Below the pieces are notes generated by a model. The model had not been told where the DNA came from. It did no database searches and saw only the letters and a program-made list of their open reading frames with translations. A DNA stretch of 63,778 bases, filler included, from Stramenopiles sp. TOSAG23-3 (taxonomy: Eukaryota), in the NCBI GenBank assembly GCA_900128585.1. It is 7 parts of 7 records of this genome, joined end to end, with 100 filler letters (N's around TTAATTAATTAA, not from the genome) between each part and the next. Parts side by side here need not be neighbours in the genome. Positions count along the whole stretch, not along the records: positions 61,713 to 63,778 come from LT645113.1; 6 more parts are not named here. One strand, given 5' to 3'. Shown here one piece after another: positions 61,949 through 63,778 of this stretch (its first letter is position 1; each line of letters begins with the position of its first letter). The translations under genes and the position numbers were made by a program.

Positions 61949-63604
61949 TTAGGCTGTAAACTGCGAGAGACATATACCAAATGCTTGAAACGCGCTCATC
62001 GGAGCCTTGAAGTCCATATGAAACTTGTTTTTGGAGCGCTTTCCCAACTGCAATACAACGTCGTCTGGAATAGTGGACCCTTGCCAACCTTTGTGTACGT
62101 CCGCGACTCTTGAGAGTTGAAAATTTTTCACGCTCGCAATTTTTGTTCTGCCCCCAAAGTGAAGTCGATAGGCTCCACGGCTGTACTGAGGAAGTTTATT
62201 CCCAAGAATAACGCTTTTAGTTTCGTCCTCAGAAGCCATGTCATCGTCTTCAACTTTGTCCTTCAAAGTGTCCACCATTGCCTTGGAAGTGCACATGGAA
62301 CGGTCCACACAGCCTTTCTGGTCCAAGACCGGCAAGAAAACTCGGCACGAGCGAGGTTTCGCGCTTCTTCGATACACCTTTTTCTTCTTACCGTCGAACA
62401 AAATTGCAGCGTACTGTTGGCGGTACAGTTCTGAGCCATATAACGTTGCCTCTGTGCCATCAAATGTCACACGCAGCTTTCCAACGTAGGAACTTTCTTT
62501 TTTGTTCAAAACTTCCAAGTAACGTTTGCTCGAGTCATTTGAAATATCAAAAATATGGAAATTCGGGGTCTTGCATTTCACCTGCTTTTCCGCCGCCAAT
62601 ATCGGAACTGCTGGGCCAGTCTTCCTGTTCGTGTTCAAGTAGTGCTGCAAATAGACAATGAATCGCGTCTTCATCCCCCCAATGCCACGCCGACTTCTCT
62701 TAACTATGCAGCGTGTAAACTGGCCATCTTTGCGGCAGTAGCCATTCAAATACGTCTGACTCAGGGTGGCGCCAGCCTCCAAACCAACGACCGACGCTGC
62801 CACGTTCATTGGGACTTTGAACGTCTCGCGAGGCACTTCAGACTGCACAGAAGGGGCCATTGAAGAGTTGGAATGTCCAATTTTTAGTGCAACCGTGGAA
62901 TCGGAAGCATCCGATTTCTCCTCTAGCTTTCCGCCGGCCTGAACCCGCTCGCCGGCAGCGAAGCCTTTCGATGGAGAAGTTGATGGTGCGGTTTCGTTGG
63001 TACGGACGTGCCTGGCATTTTCTTCCGGTTGTTTCGACTCGCGAATTGGGGAAACTTCGGCAACTTTCTCATCCCACGACCTCAGGTCAATGTCTTCAAT
63101 TCCATCTTCTTCCTCAAAAAAGTCTTCCACTACCATGGTCGGGGCTATCTTGGATGGGCTCGAAAGGTTTCTGTGCCCGTCTTCGCTGCTCTTTCCCTCG
63201 TCCTCTTCGTCGTCGCTAGTGAAAATCTCCTCGCACTCTTTCCCCTCTGCCAGCTCACGCTGACCAGCAGGAGGGCGACACGGAGATTGGACCGGGGAGA
63301 ACTTGCATACCTTGGTCTCTTGATCAATCTCATAAGAATCTTCAAGATCGCTCATGGAAAAAGGGACGACCTCTGTGTCATCCTGCATTCTTGCCACGTG
63401 CGTCATGTTTTTCTCGGCGCTTCCCCACGCACCGGCATTGTTACGAACGCTCATTCCTGAATGAACGCAAACGGTATCGCTTAGTATTGGGTCTGGCTTG
63501 CGGTTAAGAAGTATTTCTTTTTCTACACTATACAATGGGTAATTTGAAAGACTTTGCCGCTCTTCATTCATATGCATAACATAAAATTTGTACATCGATA
63601 TCAT
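61949..63604 (-). CDS. Tubby-like protein (start uncertain)
   Basis: C-terminal Tub domain: YVGKLR..F.GT, KPR, NKLP...Y.LHFGGR...ASVKNFQL, LQLGK...FHMDFKAPMSAFQAFGICLSQF. Confidence 0.9.
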   Translation of the reverse strand: MISMYKFYVMHMNEERQSLSNYPLYSVEKEILLNRKPDPILSDTVCVHSGMSVRNNAGAWGSAEKNMTHVARMQDDTEVVPFSMSDLEDSYEIDQETKVCKFSPVQSPCRPPAGQRELAEGKECEEIFTSDDEEDEGKSSEDGHRNLSSPSKIAPTMVVEDFFEEEDGIEDIDLRSWDEKVAEVSPIRESKQPEENARHVRTNETAPSTSPSKGFAAGERVQAGGKLEEKSDASDSTVALKIGHSNSSMAPSVQSEVPRETFKVPMNVAASVVGLEAGATLSQTYLNGYCRKDGQFTRCIVKRSRRGIGGMKTRFIVYLQHYLNTNRKTGPAVPILAAEKQVKCKTPNFHIFDISNDSSKRYLEVLNKKESSYVGKLRVTFDGTEATLYGSELYRQQYAAILFDGKKKKVYRRSAKPRSCRVFLPVLDQKGCVDRSMCTSKAMVDTLKDKVEDDDMASEDETKSVILGNKLPQYSRGAYRLHFGGRTKIASVKNFQLSRVADVHKGWQGSTIPDDVVLQLGKRSKNKFHMDFKAPMSAFQAFGICLSQFTA

Positions 63605-63778
63605 ATCTTTTCCGTTAGAGCATATGTAACTAAAACGATACAATTCCTCAACGTATTATTATATTTTTTTTATATAACACCACCACCACCAACCAGAGAA
63701 GAAGAAGAAGAAAAGAAGAAAAGAAGAAGACCGATGAAGATGTTCAAGGTACGACGAGGAGAAGCACACCAACACCAA

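Noticed and set aside
53036-63778. A single mobile/viral island containing Gag-like, glycosyltransferase, RT, capsid and Tubby genes
   Set aside because: These are five separate ~2.07-kb contigs joined by artificial linkers, so their adjacency is not evidence.
1-63778. tRNA, rRNA or other structured RNA genes; spliceosomal introns
   Set aside because: None recognised by eye, and the long ORFs are continuous. A tRNAscan/Infernal run and RNA-seq would be needed to exclude them.

Overview
Eukaryotic genomic DNA, probably a flagellated protist (stramenopile-like by inference), with intron-less genes and very AT-rich, (GAA)n-rich spacers. The window is not one locus. It is seven contigs joined by artificial 100-nt N44-TTAATTAATTAA-N44 linkers: 1-26461, 26562-52935, 53036-55106, 55207-57276, 57377-59444, 59545-61612 and 61713-63778. 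Host genes include SPAG17/PF6-like, IST1, a saposin-like protein, a BTB/SPRY protein, an NSD-type PHD protein, a CAMK-like kinase, a Frizzled-CRD membrane protein, MED6, ARP4-like, ATM1/ABCB7, ankyrin and Tubby proteins, and a 3760-aa EF-hand/hydrolase-fold/C2/IQ protein. The accessory content is the most interesting part: (i) a Polinton-like-virus-type capsid gene with its upstream neighbour; (ii) a two-gene PIF/Harbinger transposon; (iii) a ~2-kb segment with 50-bp inverted termini carrying mixed gene fragments, including a DIRS/Ngaro-like RT piece; (iv) hAT-like MITE ends; (v) a dispersed, mostly 3'-flank repeat (TAAATAACAGCCAATTTTCTTG) that is repeatedly broken at the same position next to foreign-looking DNA. 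All family calls come from motif recognition by eye; no searches were run.
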